Positions 10,729 to 20,291 of a stretch of 64,000 nt of DNA are shown here, piece by piece (position 1 is the first letter of the stretch; each line of letters begins with the position of its first letter). Where the stretch lies: contig CAIJNI010000085.1 in NCBI GenBank assembly GCA_903821995.1, forward strand, positions 25,588 through 89,587, written 5' to 3'. Source of the stretch: an uncultured beta proteobacterium (lineage in GTDB: Bacteria; Pseudomonadota; Gammaproteobacteria; Burkholderiales; Burkholderiaceae). Under the pieces are notes generated by a model that did not search any database, had not been told where the DNA came from, and saw only the letters and a program-made list of their open reading frames with translations. Made by a program: the position numbers and the translations under genes.

Positions 10729-11582
10729 TGTTGAATCAAGTCAATCAATATTCCTTAGAGTTAAAAGATGTATCGTGTGCATTTGCTACACATGGAATAG
10801 AAGATTCATACATTGCGGTTAAAGATATTTCACTTCAAATCAAAGAAGGTGAATTTGTATCTATTGTAGGACCAACAGGCTGTGGGAAGTCAACACTTCT
10901 CAATGTTGCAGCTGGATTGCTAGAGCCCTCAAAAGGGCAAATTCTTAGCTTTGATAAGCCTCTAAAAGGGATTAATTCTCGGGCAGGTTATATGTTCCAA
11001 TCGGATGCCCTGATGCCTTGGTGCAATGCGAGGGATAACGTCGCTATGGGGCTTAAATTTAGAAAATTCTCTGCAAAAGAATTAAATGAAATGACGGAAG
11101 AATGGTTACGCCGAGTAGGGATGAATGGCTTTGGAGATCGTTATCCCCACCAATTGTCTGGTGGAATGAGAAAGAGAATTGCTCTTGCACAAACCTTAGC
11201 ATTAGATCCAGATATTATTTTGATGGATGAGCCATTTTCAGCTTTAGATATTCAGACAAGACAATTGATGGAAAATGAAGTTCTTGCTCTTTGTTCTGGA
11301 AATGCCACAAAACCTGGTAAATCGATATTGTTTATTACCCATGATTTAGATGAGGCTATTGCAATGAGTGATCGGGTCCTCATTTTATCTGCTGGGCCAG
11401 GTTCAAAAATTATAGGTGAGTTCAATATTGATTTACCAAAACCAAGGGATGTTGCTGAGATAAGAAATCAGCCGCGCTTTTACGAGTTGTATCAAGCGAT
11501 TTGGACGTTGTTACGCAATGAAGTTTTAAAGAGCTATGAGTTACAAAAACAAGCTAATAAATACAATGGGCCGGGCGTATGA
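10728..11582 (+). CDS. ABC transporter ATP-binding protein, NitT/TauT family
   Basis: Walker A GPTGCGKST, signature LSGGMRKR, Walker B ILMDEPF, ITHD. Confidence 0.95.
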   Translation: MLNQVNQYSLELKDVSCAFATHGIEDSYIAVKDISLQIKEGEFVSIVGPTGCGKSTLLNVAAGLLEPSKGQILSFDKPLKGINSRAGYMFQSDALMPWCNARDNVAMGLKFRKFSAKELNEMTEEWLRRVGMNGFGDRYPHQLSGGMRKRIALAQTLALDPDIILMDEPFSALDIQTRQLMENEVLALCSGNATKPGKSILFITHDLDEAIAMSDRVLILSAGPGSKIIGEFNIDLPKPRDVAEIRNQPRFYELYQAIWTLLRNEVLKSYELQKQANKYNGPGV

Positions 11583-12367
11583 AATTATCTCGTTTAAATA
11601 TTTATTTGCGTTTATTCCAGTTATTACTACTTCTCGCTCTAATTGCTATATGGCATATTGCAAGTCGCTCTATTCAGGCAGCCTTTTTCATTGGGGAGCC
11701 TTTAATTGTTTTTAGCCGCTTGGTAGATTGGTTATATATTGAGTGTGACGTTTATATTCATCTTGGCGTTACCTTATTAGAAACCTTATTAGCCTTTGTG
11801 ATTGGAACAACAAGTGGTCTTCTTTTTGGGCTGTGGTTAGGGTTATCGCCGCGTACTGCTCTAGTTCTTGATCCTTTTATTAAGGCCATCAACTCTATGC
11901 CAAGAGTAATATTAGCTCCAATTTTTTGCGTATGGTTTGGTTTAGGAATTTGGTCAAAAGTTGCATTAGCGATCACATTGGTCTTCTTTATTGTCTTTTT
12001 TAATGTTTATCAAGGTGTCAAAGAAGTGAGTCCAGTTATTTTGGCGAATGCCAAAATGTTAGGAGCAAATTCTAGGCAACTCTTAAGATATGTTTATTTG
12101 CCTTCTGCAACCAGTTGGGTATTTTCGAGTTTGCATACTGCTGTAGGATTAGCATTTGTAGGAGCTGTTGTTGGAGAGTATCTCGGATCAGCACGTGGCG
12201 TAGGTTATCTTATATTGCAGGCCGAGGGTACTTTTGATATTAATAGTGTAATCGCGGGCATTATCTTATTAACAATTTGTGCCCTCATTCTTGATGGTTT
12301 GGTTGGGGTAGTTGAGAAAAAATTATTAATCTGGCAACCAAAGTTAAGTCAAACCGAAAAAATATAA
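11579..12367 (+). CDS. ABC transporter permease, NitT/TauT family
   Basis: Hydrophobic helices, NSMPRVILAP, EAA-like loop AKMLGA, GAVVGEYLGS..GVG. Confidence 0.93.
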   Translation: MKLSRLNIYLRLFQLLLLLALIAIWHIASRSIQAAFFIGEPLIVFSRLVDWLYIECDVYIHLGVTLLETLLAFVIGTTSGLLFGLWLGLSPRTALVLDPFIKAINSMPRVILAPIFCVWFGLGIWSKVALAITLVFFIVFFNVYQGVKEVSPVILANAKMLGANSRQLLRYVYLPSATSWVFSSLHTAVGLAFVGAVVGEYLGSARGVGYLILQAEGTFDINSVIAGIILLTICALILDGLVGVVEKKLLIWQPKLSQTEKI

Positions 12368-13299
12368 TGAATGCTAGTACTGCAGACGTTCAAATTTGCG
12401 AGGTAGGTCCAAGAGATGGGCTGCAATCCGTTAAATCTATTATGTCTACTGAGCATAAAAATCTTTGGATTAATGCAATGTATGAAGCAGGACTTCGAGA
12501 AATAGAAGTTGGGTCCTTTGTTTCGCCTAAGCTTTTGCCACAAATGGCTGATACTGATCAAGTGGTGAAATTTTCTAAAAACCTTTTAGGATTAACAGTT
12601 GTTGCTTTAGTTCCTAATTTAAAAGGCGCACAAAAAGCGATTGAGTCTGGTGCTCACCAAATTACAATCCCAGTTTCAGCGAGTGCGGCGCATTCTTGGG
12701 CCAATGTAAGGAAGACTCCAGCTGAGATGGTAGAAGAAGTAAAGAGAATTATTGAGTACCGAAATGCTTATGCCCCAAAAGTAAAAATTGAAGCCAGTAT
12801 TTCCACTGCGTTTGGGTGCACGATAGAGGGACTAGTTCCTGAAGACGATGTTATCCAATTAGCATTGCAGGTGATACAAGCTGGTGCTGACCTATCCGGC
12901 TTGTCCGATACGACTGGCTATGCGAACCCTTCACAGGTGAAGAGATTATTTAGGAGACTGAAGTTGGAATTAGGCACCCATGCTGGAGCTGCTCATTTTC
13001 ACAATACACGAGGTTTAGGTATTGCGAACTGTTTGGCGGCATTTGAAGAGGGCGTCTTGTCATTTGATTCATCTATGGGAGGATTAGGAGGTTGCCCATA
13101 CGCCCCTGGCGCATCCGGAAATGTCGTAACTGAGGATTTGATTTTTATGTTTGAAGCTATGGGGGTGAGCACTGGCATTAATCTAGAACGATTATTTCAG
13201 TCTCGTCATTTCTTAAGTCGTGGAATTCCGACGGAGGCTATTTATGGGATGGTACCAGAGGCAGGTTTGCCAAAAGGATTTATGCAATTCAATCAATAA
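12367..13299 (+). CDS. hmgL: Hydroxymethylglutaryl-CoA lyase family (DRE-TIM metallolyase)
   Basis: EVGPRDGLQ, HFHNTRG, GGLGGCPYAPGASGN. Confidence 0.85.
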   Translation: MNASTADVQICEVGPRDGLQSVKSIMSTEHKNLWINAMYEAGLREIEVGSFVSPKLLPQMADTDQVVKFSKNLLGLTVVALVPNLKGAQKAIESGAHQITIPVSASAAHSWANVRKTPAEMVEEVKRIIEYRNAYAPKVKIEASISTAFGCTIEGLVPEDDVIQLALQVIQAGADLSGLSDTTGYANPSQVKRLFRRLKLELGTHAGAAHFHNTRGLGIANCLAAFEEGVLSFDSSMGGLGGCPYAPGASGNVVTEDLIFMFEAMGVSTGINLERLFQSRHFLSRGIPTEAIYGMVPEAGLPKGFMQFNQ

Positions 13300-13392
13300 T
13301 TCCCTATGAGGAGAGTTTAAGAATAGGGAATTATTGATCTAGAATAAGAATGATGCGTGACTTTTTGAAAATACCTTATAAATAATATTTCG

Positions 13393-13866
13393 ATGAACTA
13401 CTTTAAATATCTGATTTTGATAGTATGTCTTACTGGTTGCAGTAAGACTGAACCTATAGTTCAGCCACCATACAATTCGCCCTTAACACTATCGCAGTTA
13501 ATGAATTGGGTATTAGATCCTGCTGCTGACGGTATTTGGGATGCTGTAGGTTGGGTAAGCACTGCAAAAGGTGAACTTGCTATTGCGCCAAAAAACGAAG
13601 CACAATGGGATGATCTTCGCAATCATGCTGCCACGCTGATGGAAGCAAGTAATCTTCTGATGTTAGATAAATATGCGAAAGATAAAAATGATTGGATGCT
13701 TTATGCAAATCGCTTGAGTAAATCGGCTGAGGCAACCTTAGAGGCTATCAATAAAAGGGATATAGACGCAATTTTTTTAACTGGATCGGAAATTGATACT
13801 GCATGTGAGGCGTGCCATATTAAATATGGAAACTTTACAGAAAAATCTATAGCGCAAAACAAATGA
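13393..13866 (+). CDS. Lipoprotein with C-terminal CxxCH; probable class II (four-helix-bundle) c-type cytochrome
   Basis: Lipobox LTGC, helical-looking sequence, heme motif CEACH near the C-terminus. Confidence 0.7.
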   Translation: MNYFKYLILIVCLTGCSKTEPIVQPPYNSPLTLSQLMNWVLDPAADGIWDAVGWVSTAKGELAIAPKNEAQWDDLRNHAATLMEASNLLMLDKYAKDKNDWMLYANRLSKSAEATLEAINKRDIDAIFLTGSEIDTACEACHIKYGNFTEKSIAQNK

Positions 13867-14090
13867 TCTCACTCGAAAATTTAAAATAAATCATAGGAAA
13901 GAAAATCACGCTATATTTTATTTTGTATCGACCTGACGCATAGGACATAATTTCTAATTCTTATTGCTGATAAAAACATAGTGCTTCTCATAAAATAAAA
14001 AAGTTTATTGAGCATGTATAAATAGAATTTATACATGGTTATGCGGTAAAATAAACTCCATCGACTGCAAATAATAGTTAAGGTTAAACC

Positions 14091-15197
14091 ATGGTATTCA
14101 ATCGTCGTTCATTTATTAAATCGGCTTTAGGTGGCATAGCCATTCCAACTTTTTATCCTCTGAGTTCGAGCTTTGCACAAAGCTTAGATGAAGAGTGGAA
14201 AACTTACCAAATTAAAACCGAAATCAATATTGAAGGTAAAGAGCATTCGATTCAAGGTTGGTTGCCATTAACACTGACTCAAAATACTGATTATTTTAGA
14301 ACTTTAGCGATTAACTATTCGGGTAATACAGACAAAATTGCCATTATTCAAACACCTCATAACGATTTGAGAATGATTTCTGCTAACTGGGATAAGAATT
14401 CAGGTGTGGGACACTTCGAGGTGATTACAACGGTAGCAACACGAGATAGAAAAAATACATTTGAGAAATTTAATCCAGAAATAAAGTTAGCTAAAGCTGA
14501 ATCTAATTATTGGACTAGGGGTACTCAGATGTTGCCAACTGATGGCATTGTTCGTCAAAAGGTCAAGGAAATTCTGAGCACCATTCCAGCCTCGTCTAAT
14601 GATCTTGAGAAAGCTAAAGCAATATATAACTGGGTTGTAGACAATACTCGCAGAGAAGCAAGTACAAGAGGTTGCGGTGTTGGGGATGTTAAATATATGT
14701 TAGAGACTAACAACATGGGTGGCAAATGCGCTGATATTAATGCGATATTTGTTGCACTTGCTAGAACTGCCAAGATACCTTCCAGAGATGTCTACGGCAT
14801 TCGAATTGATAACTCTGCTAGAGGCTACAAAAGTTTAGGTAAGTCAGATGATATTACTAAAGCTCAGCATTGCCGTGCTGAATTTTTCGCAAATGGCTAT
14901 GGATGGATTGCTGTAGATCCTGCAGATGTTCGCAAGGTCATACTTGAAGAGCCGGGTAATCTAACGATCAATGACCCTAAAGTGACTTCAATCAGAGATT
15001 ATTTATTTGGTAACTGGGAAATGAATTGGATGGCCTATAACTATGGGCATGATGTTAATCTTCGCGGTTCCAGTTTGGGAGCTGTCGGAAATATTCCATT
15101 TTTGATGTACCCCCAAGCTGAATCTAATAGCGGCCGTTTTGATTCTTTAGATCCAGCTAATTTTAAATATCAGATTACAAGTAAGAGATTGTCTTAA
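14091..15197 (+). CDS. Tat-exported transglutaminase-like superfamily protein
   Basis: RRSFIK twin-arginine signal; putative triad GKCADIN (Cys), QHCRAEF (His), VDPAD (Asp). Confidence 0.85.
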   Translation: MVFNRRSFIKSALGGIAIPTFYPLSSSFAQSLDEEWKTYQIKTEINIEGKEHSIQGWLPLTLTQNTDYFRTLAINYSGNTDKIAIIQTPHNDLRMISANWDKNSGVGHFEVITTVATRDRKNTFEKFNPEIKLAKAESNYWTRGTQMLPTDGIVRQKVKEILSTIPASSNDLEKAKAIYNWVVDNTRREASTRGCGVGDVKYMLETNNMGGKCADINAIFVALARTAKIPSRDVYGIRIDNSARGYKSLGKSDDITKAQHCRAEFFANGYGWIAVDPADVRKVILEEPGNLTINDPKVTSIRDYLFGNWEMNWMAYNYGHDVNLRGSSLGAVGNIPFLMYPQAESNSGRFDSLDPANFKYQITSKRLS

Positions 15198-15202
15198 TTT
15201 AG

Positions 15203-15736
15203 ATGGGAAGTTTTTATCGGTTAACTAAGGTAATAATGGGAGTTATTTTATGTTCTCATTTGAGCTTAGCCAATGCCCAGTGGCTGCCAGCTTCGAAATT
15301 AGGGTTAACTAAAACACCTGTTACGAATTTAGTAGACCTTCAAGGGAAAATCTTTAGACTCGAACAATATCGAGGTCAGGTTCTCTTCGTTAATTTTTGG
15401 GCAACTTGGTGTGAGCCTTGTCGAGATGAATTTAAAGAAGTGATTGAGCTACAAAAAAAATATCAACATCAGAATTTTGTGGTGATTGCTATTAACTTGG
15501 CTGAATCGCCCAATAAAATTAATGAATTTTTTCAAATTAACCAAATTGACCCAAAAAGTTTAATTGTTGTTTCTGATCGGAATGGCATTACCTATAAGAC
15601 TTGGAAAGGAAGAGGCATACCGATTAGTTTTCTGATTAACAAAAAAGGAATAGTAGATTCATATTGGCTAGGTGAAATAACAGCCAGCAGATCAGAAATA
15701 CTTCCGCATATTGATGACCTACTACATTCGCCATAA
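15203..15736 (+). CDS. TlpA/ResA-like thiol-disulfide reductase
   Basis: VNFWATWCEPC, cis-Pro GIPISFLI, N-terminal signal; 5 bp after the transglutaminase gene. Confidence 0.9.
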   Translation: MGSFYRLTKVIMGVILCSHLSLANAQWLPASKLGLTKTPVTNLVDLQGKIFRLEQYRGQVLFVNFWATWCEPCRDEFKEVIELQKKYQHQNFVVIAINLAESPNKINEFFQINQIDPKSLIVVSDRNGITYKTWKGRGIPISFLINKKGIVDSYWLGEITASRSEILPHIDDLLHSP

Positions 15737-15836
15737 CCGAGAACCTAGGTAGTAACCCTGCGATGCATTTAACTCTTATTTACATTAAACTGAGTGCTTA
15801 TGATCTGCCTCAAACCCTTTATATAAAGGAAATAAG

Positions 15837-16844
15837 ATGAAAACACTGGCCTTAAGAAAAATATTCATTTACCTTTTATTGGGGATACCTTTTATTGGAA
15901 ATGTTGTTGCACAGACTAATTTTCCTAATCGTCCAATCAGGTATATTGTTCCCTTCCCGCCAGCAGGTGCAACCGATAACGTCGCAAGACCGATAGCTGC
16001 CGAAATCGCGAAGCAAACAGGTTGGAACGTTGTTATTGAAAATAAACCAGGTGCTGGCGCAAATATTGGTGCTGACTATGTAGCGAAGTCCCCCCCTGAT
16101 GGTTATACATGGTTAATGGCATCTGTTGGAACTCACGGCATAAATCCACCTCTTTATAACCAAGGAAATAATCATTTACCCTTTGATCCCATAAAAGATT
16201 TTTTACCAGTAACCTTGGTTGCCAGATTGCCGAATGTTTTGGTGCTTAATAACGAATTTGCTTCGCGTAATAAGATTAATACGGTAAATGATTTGATCGC
16301 TTATGCAAAAGCCAATCCTGGAAAAGTTAACATGGCCTCTAGTGGAAATGGAACATCGATTCATATGTCTGGCGAATTATTTAAATCGATGACTCATACC
16401 TACATGCTCCACCTACCTTATAAAGGGAGTAATCAAGCGCTAACTGATTTGATTGCTGGCAATGTGGATATTATGTTTGATAATTTACCCTCTTCTATTA
16501 ATTTTATAAAAGCGGGAAGACTCAAAGCTATTGCAGTAACAACGGCAAAACGAGTCCCGGCTTTTCCTGATCTTCCTACAATCGCTGAGGCGGCTAATCT
16601 TCCTAGCTATGAAGCTTCATCGTGGTTCGGGATTGTATTGCCCATTAATACGCCGCCTGAGCTTTACAACAAAATTTCTACTGAAGTGATTAAAGCTGTA
16701 AAAAGCGCTTCTGTTAAAGAAGCATTTTTAGCAATGGGGGCAGAGCCTGTTGGTAATTCAAATGCTCAATTTGCTGAGTTTATTAAAGATGAAATCGCAA
16801 AGTGGACAAAGGTAGTTAAAGACTCCGGTGCGAAATTAGATTAA
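15837..16844 (+). CDS. Bug/TctC substrate-binding protein
   Basis: [33 protein letters not shown]. Confidence 0.95.
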   Translation: MKTLALRKIFIYLLLGIPFIGNVVAQTNFPNRPIRYIVPFPPAGATDNVARPIAAEIAKQTGWNVVIENKPGAGANIGADYVAKSPPDGYTWLMASVGTHGINPPLYNQGNNHLPFDPIKDFLPVTLVARLPNVLVLNNEFASRNKINTVNDLIAYAKANPGKVNMASSGNGTSIHMSGELFKSMTHTYMLHLPYKGSNQALTDLIAGNVDIMFDNLPSSINFIKAGRLKAIAVTTAKRVPAFPDLPTIAEAANLPSYEASSWFGIVLPINTPPELYNKISTEVIKAVKSASVKEAFLAMGAEPVGNSNAQFAEFIKDEIAKWTKVVKDSGAKLD

Positions 16845-18511
16845 TTCATTACTTTAGCTAAGTCAGAAAGTTTTTTGGATGGTGTAATTGCCTCAGGGTT
16901 AGTGACAAGTTCAATGATTGCACCATCTTTTGATGCTAAAGCTTTTTCTAGGGCTGGGAAAAAATCTTCAGTCTTAGAAATTCTGAATCCTAGCATATGG
17001 TAGCTTTCAGCCATTTTTAAGAAGTCAGGGTTTGTGAGATGTGTCCCTGAAATACGGTGGGCGTATTCTCGTTCTTGATGCATCCGAATAGTTCCGAGAA
17101 TACCGTTATTGAAGATAATAACAATAGGTTTCGCATCATATCTCATCGCAGTTGCAAGCTCTTGGGAGTTCATCATAAAATCCCCATCTCCAGCAACGCA
17201 AATAACACAACGATCAGGCTCGACAATTTTTGCTGCAACTGCAGCAGGAAGGCCGTATCCCATTGAACCATTGACAGGTGCTAATTGTGTTCTAAAACCA
17301 CCGTAAGGATAAAAGCGGTGGACCCAGGTAGCAAAATTGCCAGCACCATTTGTAAAAAGGGTATCGCGTGGAACATAGTTTTGGATATCAGAAAAAATAT
17401 TGGCAAGTTGCAAATCTCCCACGATGGGTAATGGTGTGGTAAAGGCTTGTTGATCTTGATGAGCACGTTCTAGGTGTCCATTCTCAATCGCAAAACAATG
17501 ATTGAGTTGGCTTAATGCATCTACAAATAATGAGGGAGAGCAATTAAGGGCAAAGTCAGGACGATAGACACTACCAAGCTCTTCGGCACCTGGGTGTACA
17601 TGAATTAAGGTCTGTTTTGGATTGGGGATATCTAGCAACGTATAGCCCCCAGTTGCTATTTCACTTAATCGATCTCCAATGACTAGAATCACATCTGCAG
17701 CTTGAACTCTTGAGATCAGTTGAGGGTTAGCGGCAATACCAATATAGCCAGCAAAAACAGGACTTAAATTGTCAATGAGATCCTGGTATCTAAACGAACA
17801 AGCAATGGGGATATTGTTTGTCGTAGCCCATTTTTCTAAAGCCAAGCAGCTACTTTTGTTCCATGAACTACCACCCACAATGACCATAGGGTGCTTACTT
17901 GCTTTAAGCGTTTGCATAGCAGCGTCAAATACTGGCCCATTCAAACCAGGTTCAATCAGATGAGCTTTTAATGTCGGTTTTTCATAGCCTTCATCAAATA
18001 AAACATCTTCAGGAAGCGCTAAAACAACTGGGCCTTGACGTCCTGCTTGAGCGATATGAAACGCTTTTGATATGAACTCATCGATACGGTCAACTCGATC
18101 GATACTACCTACCCATTTAGAGCATTCTGAAAACATCTTTCGATAGTCCATCTCTTGGAAAGACTCGCGACCAACCATCTCGCTGCTTACTTGTCCAATG
18201 AGTAAAACGAGTGGGGTGCTATCTTGAAATGCAGTATGAAGTCCAATAATTGCATTTGATGCTCCTGGTCCGCGAGTGACCATGACAACGCCTGGGTTGC
18301 CGGTCAATTTTGCATAGGCATCGCCCATGTAAGCCGCACCACCTTCTTGACGGCAGGTGATAAATTTTAATGTCTTTTGATGTTCATAAAGACCATCTAA
18401 TAAAGGCAAAAAACTTTCTCCAGGAACACCAAAAGCAAATTTAACACCTTGTCTTGCGAGTGCATTTGCTAAAATTTTTCCGCCGTGAATCTTGGGGGTA
18501 GCTTGTGTCAT
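16841..18511 (-). CDS. Thiamine-diphosphate-dependent enzyme, acetolactate synthase-like family
   Basis: Minus strand (track mislabels +): CAT at 18509-18511 reads [11 protein letters not shown]. Has FGVPGES, RQEGGA, TRGPG and GDGDF...NN ThDP motif. Confidence 0.9.
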   Translation of the reverse strand: MTQATPKIHGGKILANALARQGVKFAFGVPGESFLPLLDGLYEHQKTLKFITCRQEGGAAYMGDAYAKLTGNPGVVMVTRGPGASNAIIGLHTAFQDSTPLVLLIGQVSSEMVGRESFQEMDYRKMFSECSKWVGSIDRVDRIDEFISKAFHIAQAGRQGPVVLALPEDVLFDEGYEKPTLKAHLIEPGLNGPVFDAAMQTLKASKHPMVIVGGSSWNKSSCLALEKWATTNNIPIACSFRYQDLIDNLSPVFAGYIGIAANPQLISRVQAADVILVIGDRLSEIATGGYTLLDIPNPKQTLIHVHPGAEELGSVYRPDFALNCSPSLFVDALSQLNHCFAIENGHLERAHQDQQAFTTPLPIVGDLQLANIFSDIQNYVPRDTLFTNGAGNFATWVHRFYPYGGFRTQLAPVNGSMGYGLPAAVAAKIVEPDRCVICVAGDGDFMMNSQELATAMRYDAKPIVIIFNNGILGTIRMHQEREYAHRISGTHLTNPDFLKMAESYHMLGFRISKTEDFFPALEKALASKDGAIIELVTNPEAITPSKKLSDLAKVMN

Positions 18512-18580
18512 AAGATTTTCTCGTTGTATTGAAATTGAGTATATAACAATGAAACTTGCGGAGCTCCATACCAAGAAATT

Positions 18581-19678
18581 CTATGAAAACGATTCTGGGA
18601 AGGGTATTTGAAATTTATTAGAGTAGGACTCTAATAAAGATTTAATGGTGGGGTGTAATCGAACACCATTTAACAACTGGAACTCGCGTTTTTTTAATCC
18701 TTGATGTCCAGGAAGTCTAACGCTCGAAACGCCAGACCTTGGGGGGTTCTCTATGCACTGTTTTGCGACCTCATCCATTTGCCTTAAGAAATCAATATTT
18801 GAACCAAATGCTTCTGGATCATAGAGGGTGATGTGAGCAGTTGCTCCCCACCCTTGTTTTGGATCGGCCCGACCAAAACCAGCAAGACCACCTGTTAGAG
18901 CTTCTACCATTAAGGCAAGACCATATCCTTTATGACCATAGGTCGTTCCACCAATTGGTAGGATTGTCCCGGGGGGATTTTGAGATAGCACACTAGGGTC
19001 GTTAGTGAGATCGCCGTTCGCATCAATTAACCAGTTTTCATCAAAAACTTCTTTAGCATTTGCTTTTCTTCCAGTCATACCGTTTGTAGTAATTGAGGCT
19101 GAGATATCAATAAGAACAGAGCCGCTACTGCAAGGAAAGCCCATAGCTATAGGATTAGGTGTAAATACAGCCTTTGTTCCGCCGTAAGGTGCAACGCTGG
19201 CTGATTGAGCGTCTGAACTTGCTAGCAGCATCAGGAAACCATTTTCAGCTGCATGCCTTAAATACACAGCAAGGCATGCAATATGGTGGCTTTTACGAAT
19301 TGATATAGAGGCAACGCCATAGGTCTTTGCCAACTGAAACAACTCATCCATTGCTGTAAATATTAACCAAGGCCCAGGTAAGCGTTTACCATCCCAAACT
19401 TGGGTAGCTGGCATTTTATTGATGATTTCATACGTACCCGATTTATTCATACTGCCAGACTCAAGCTCTTTCATATACGGAGCAAGTAAGGCTAAACCGT
19501 GAGTGTCATGTCCTAATAAGTCCCCTTCGATGAGAGTCTTAGCAACAACTCGGGCTTTTTCTTCCTCAAGACCCACCTGAGTAAGTAAATTAAACCCATA
19601 GGTTTCTAGTATTTTTGAATTGTACTTTGGCCTAGATAAAAAATCGGATTCAAAGATCATTTTATTGGGTGTAGTCAT
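18581..19678 (-). CDS. Ldh_2 family (type 2 malate/L-lactate/ureidoglycolate dehydrogenase-like) oxidoreductase
   Basis: Minus strand (track mislabels +). DLLGHDTHG, SHHIA, TPNPIA, GHKGYGL, RLPG. Confidence 0.9.
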   Translation of the reverse strand: MTTPNKMIFESDFLSRPKYNSKILETYGFNLLTQVGLEEEKARVVAKTLIEGDLLGHDTHGLALLAPYMKELESGSMNKSGTYEIINKMPATQVWDGKRLPGPWLIFTAMDELFQLAKTYGVASISIRKSHHIACLAVYLRHAAENGFLMLLASSDAQSASVAPYGGTKAVFTPNPIAMGFPCSSGSVLIDISASITTNGMTGRKANAKEVFDENWLIDANGDLTNDPSVLSQNPPGTILPIGGTTYGHKGYGLALMVEALTGGLAGFGRADPKQGWGATAHITLYDPEAFGSNIDFLRQMDEVAKQCIENPPRSGVSSVRLPGHQGLKKREFQLLNGVRLHPTIKSLLESYSNKFQIPFPESFS

Positions 19679-19755
19679 CGTTTAATCATACTAAGTTTAA
19701 GAAAAGAAAGTGTTAAGCTAATACTTAGCTATTTATTATCTATTAAAAGGATACT

Positions 19756-20199
19756 ATGCCCACATATACAGTAACTTATTCTGGAGTCATTTTGAGTTCA
19801 GATGTAAAGCAAATGATTGCGCAGGGAATTACGAGTACGCATAATAAAATTACCGGGGCAAACTCATATTTCGCACAGGTTATTTTTAAGGAAACACATG
19901 CTGGGGATCACTTTATGGGTGGTAAGCCAGTTCTAGAGCCTCAAATTTTCTTACATGGCCAAATTAGAGAAGGAAGACCTAACGCGCTCAAACAAAAATT
20001 GATATGTGGATTAAGAGACCAACTCATGATTGACTCTGAGTTTCAGAAAGATCAAGTTTGGGTCTATCTTGTTGATTTGATTCCAGCCCAAATGATTGAG
20101 TATGGAGAGGTATTACCTGAATCAGGTGGTGAAGTTGAATGGTTTAACAATTTACCAGAGCAATTAAAGGATAAATTATCTGCCATGGAAAATAGGTAA
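19756..20199 (+). CDS. Tautomerase superfamily, cis-3-chloroacrylate dehalogenase (cis-CaaD)/Cg10062-like
   Basis: After Met removal Pro1, His28, Arg70, Arg73, Tyr103 and Glu114 fall at the cis-CaaD catalytic positions; length 146 aa. Confidence 0.85.
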   Translation: MPTYTVTYSGVILSSDVKQMIAQGITSTHNKITGANSYFAQVIFKETHAGDHFMGGKPVLEPQIFLHGQIREGRPNALKQKLICGLRDQLMIDSEFQKDQVWVYLVDLIPAQMIEYGEVLPESGGEVEWFNNLPEQLKDKLSAMENR

Positions 20200-20235
20200 T
20201 TTATTGAAATTACCTATGAAATTTACTATATGAGT

Positions 20236-20270
20236 CCAGGAGTTTTAGTGCAAATTATCTAAACCCCTGG
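20236..20270. terminator. Imperfect hairpin between convergent tautomerase and ADH genes, probable terminator
   Basis: CCAGGAGTTTTAG...CTAAACCCCTGG inverted repeat in a 92-bp convergent gap. Confidence 0.45.
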
Positions 20271-20291
20271 TTATTTAATAGATCTTATTTT

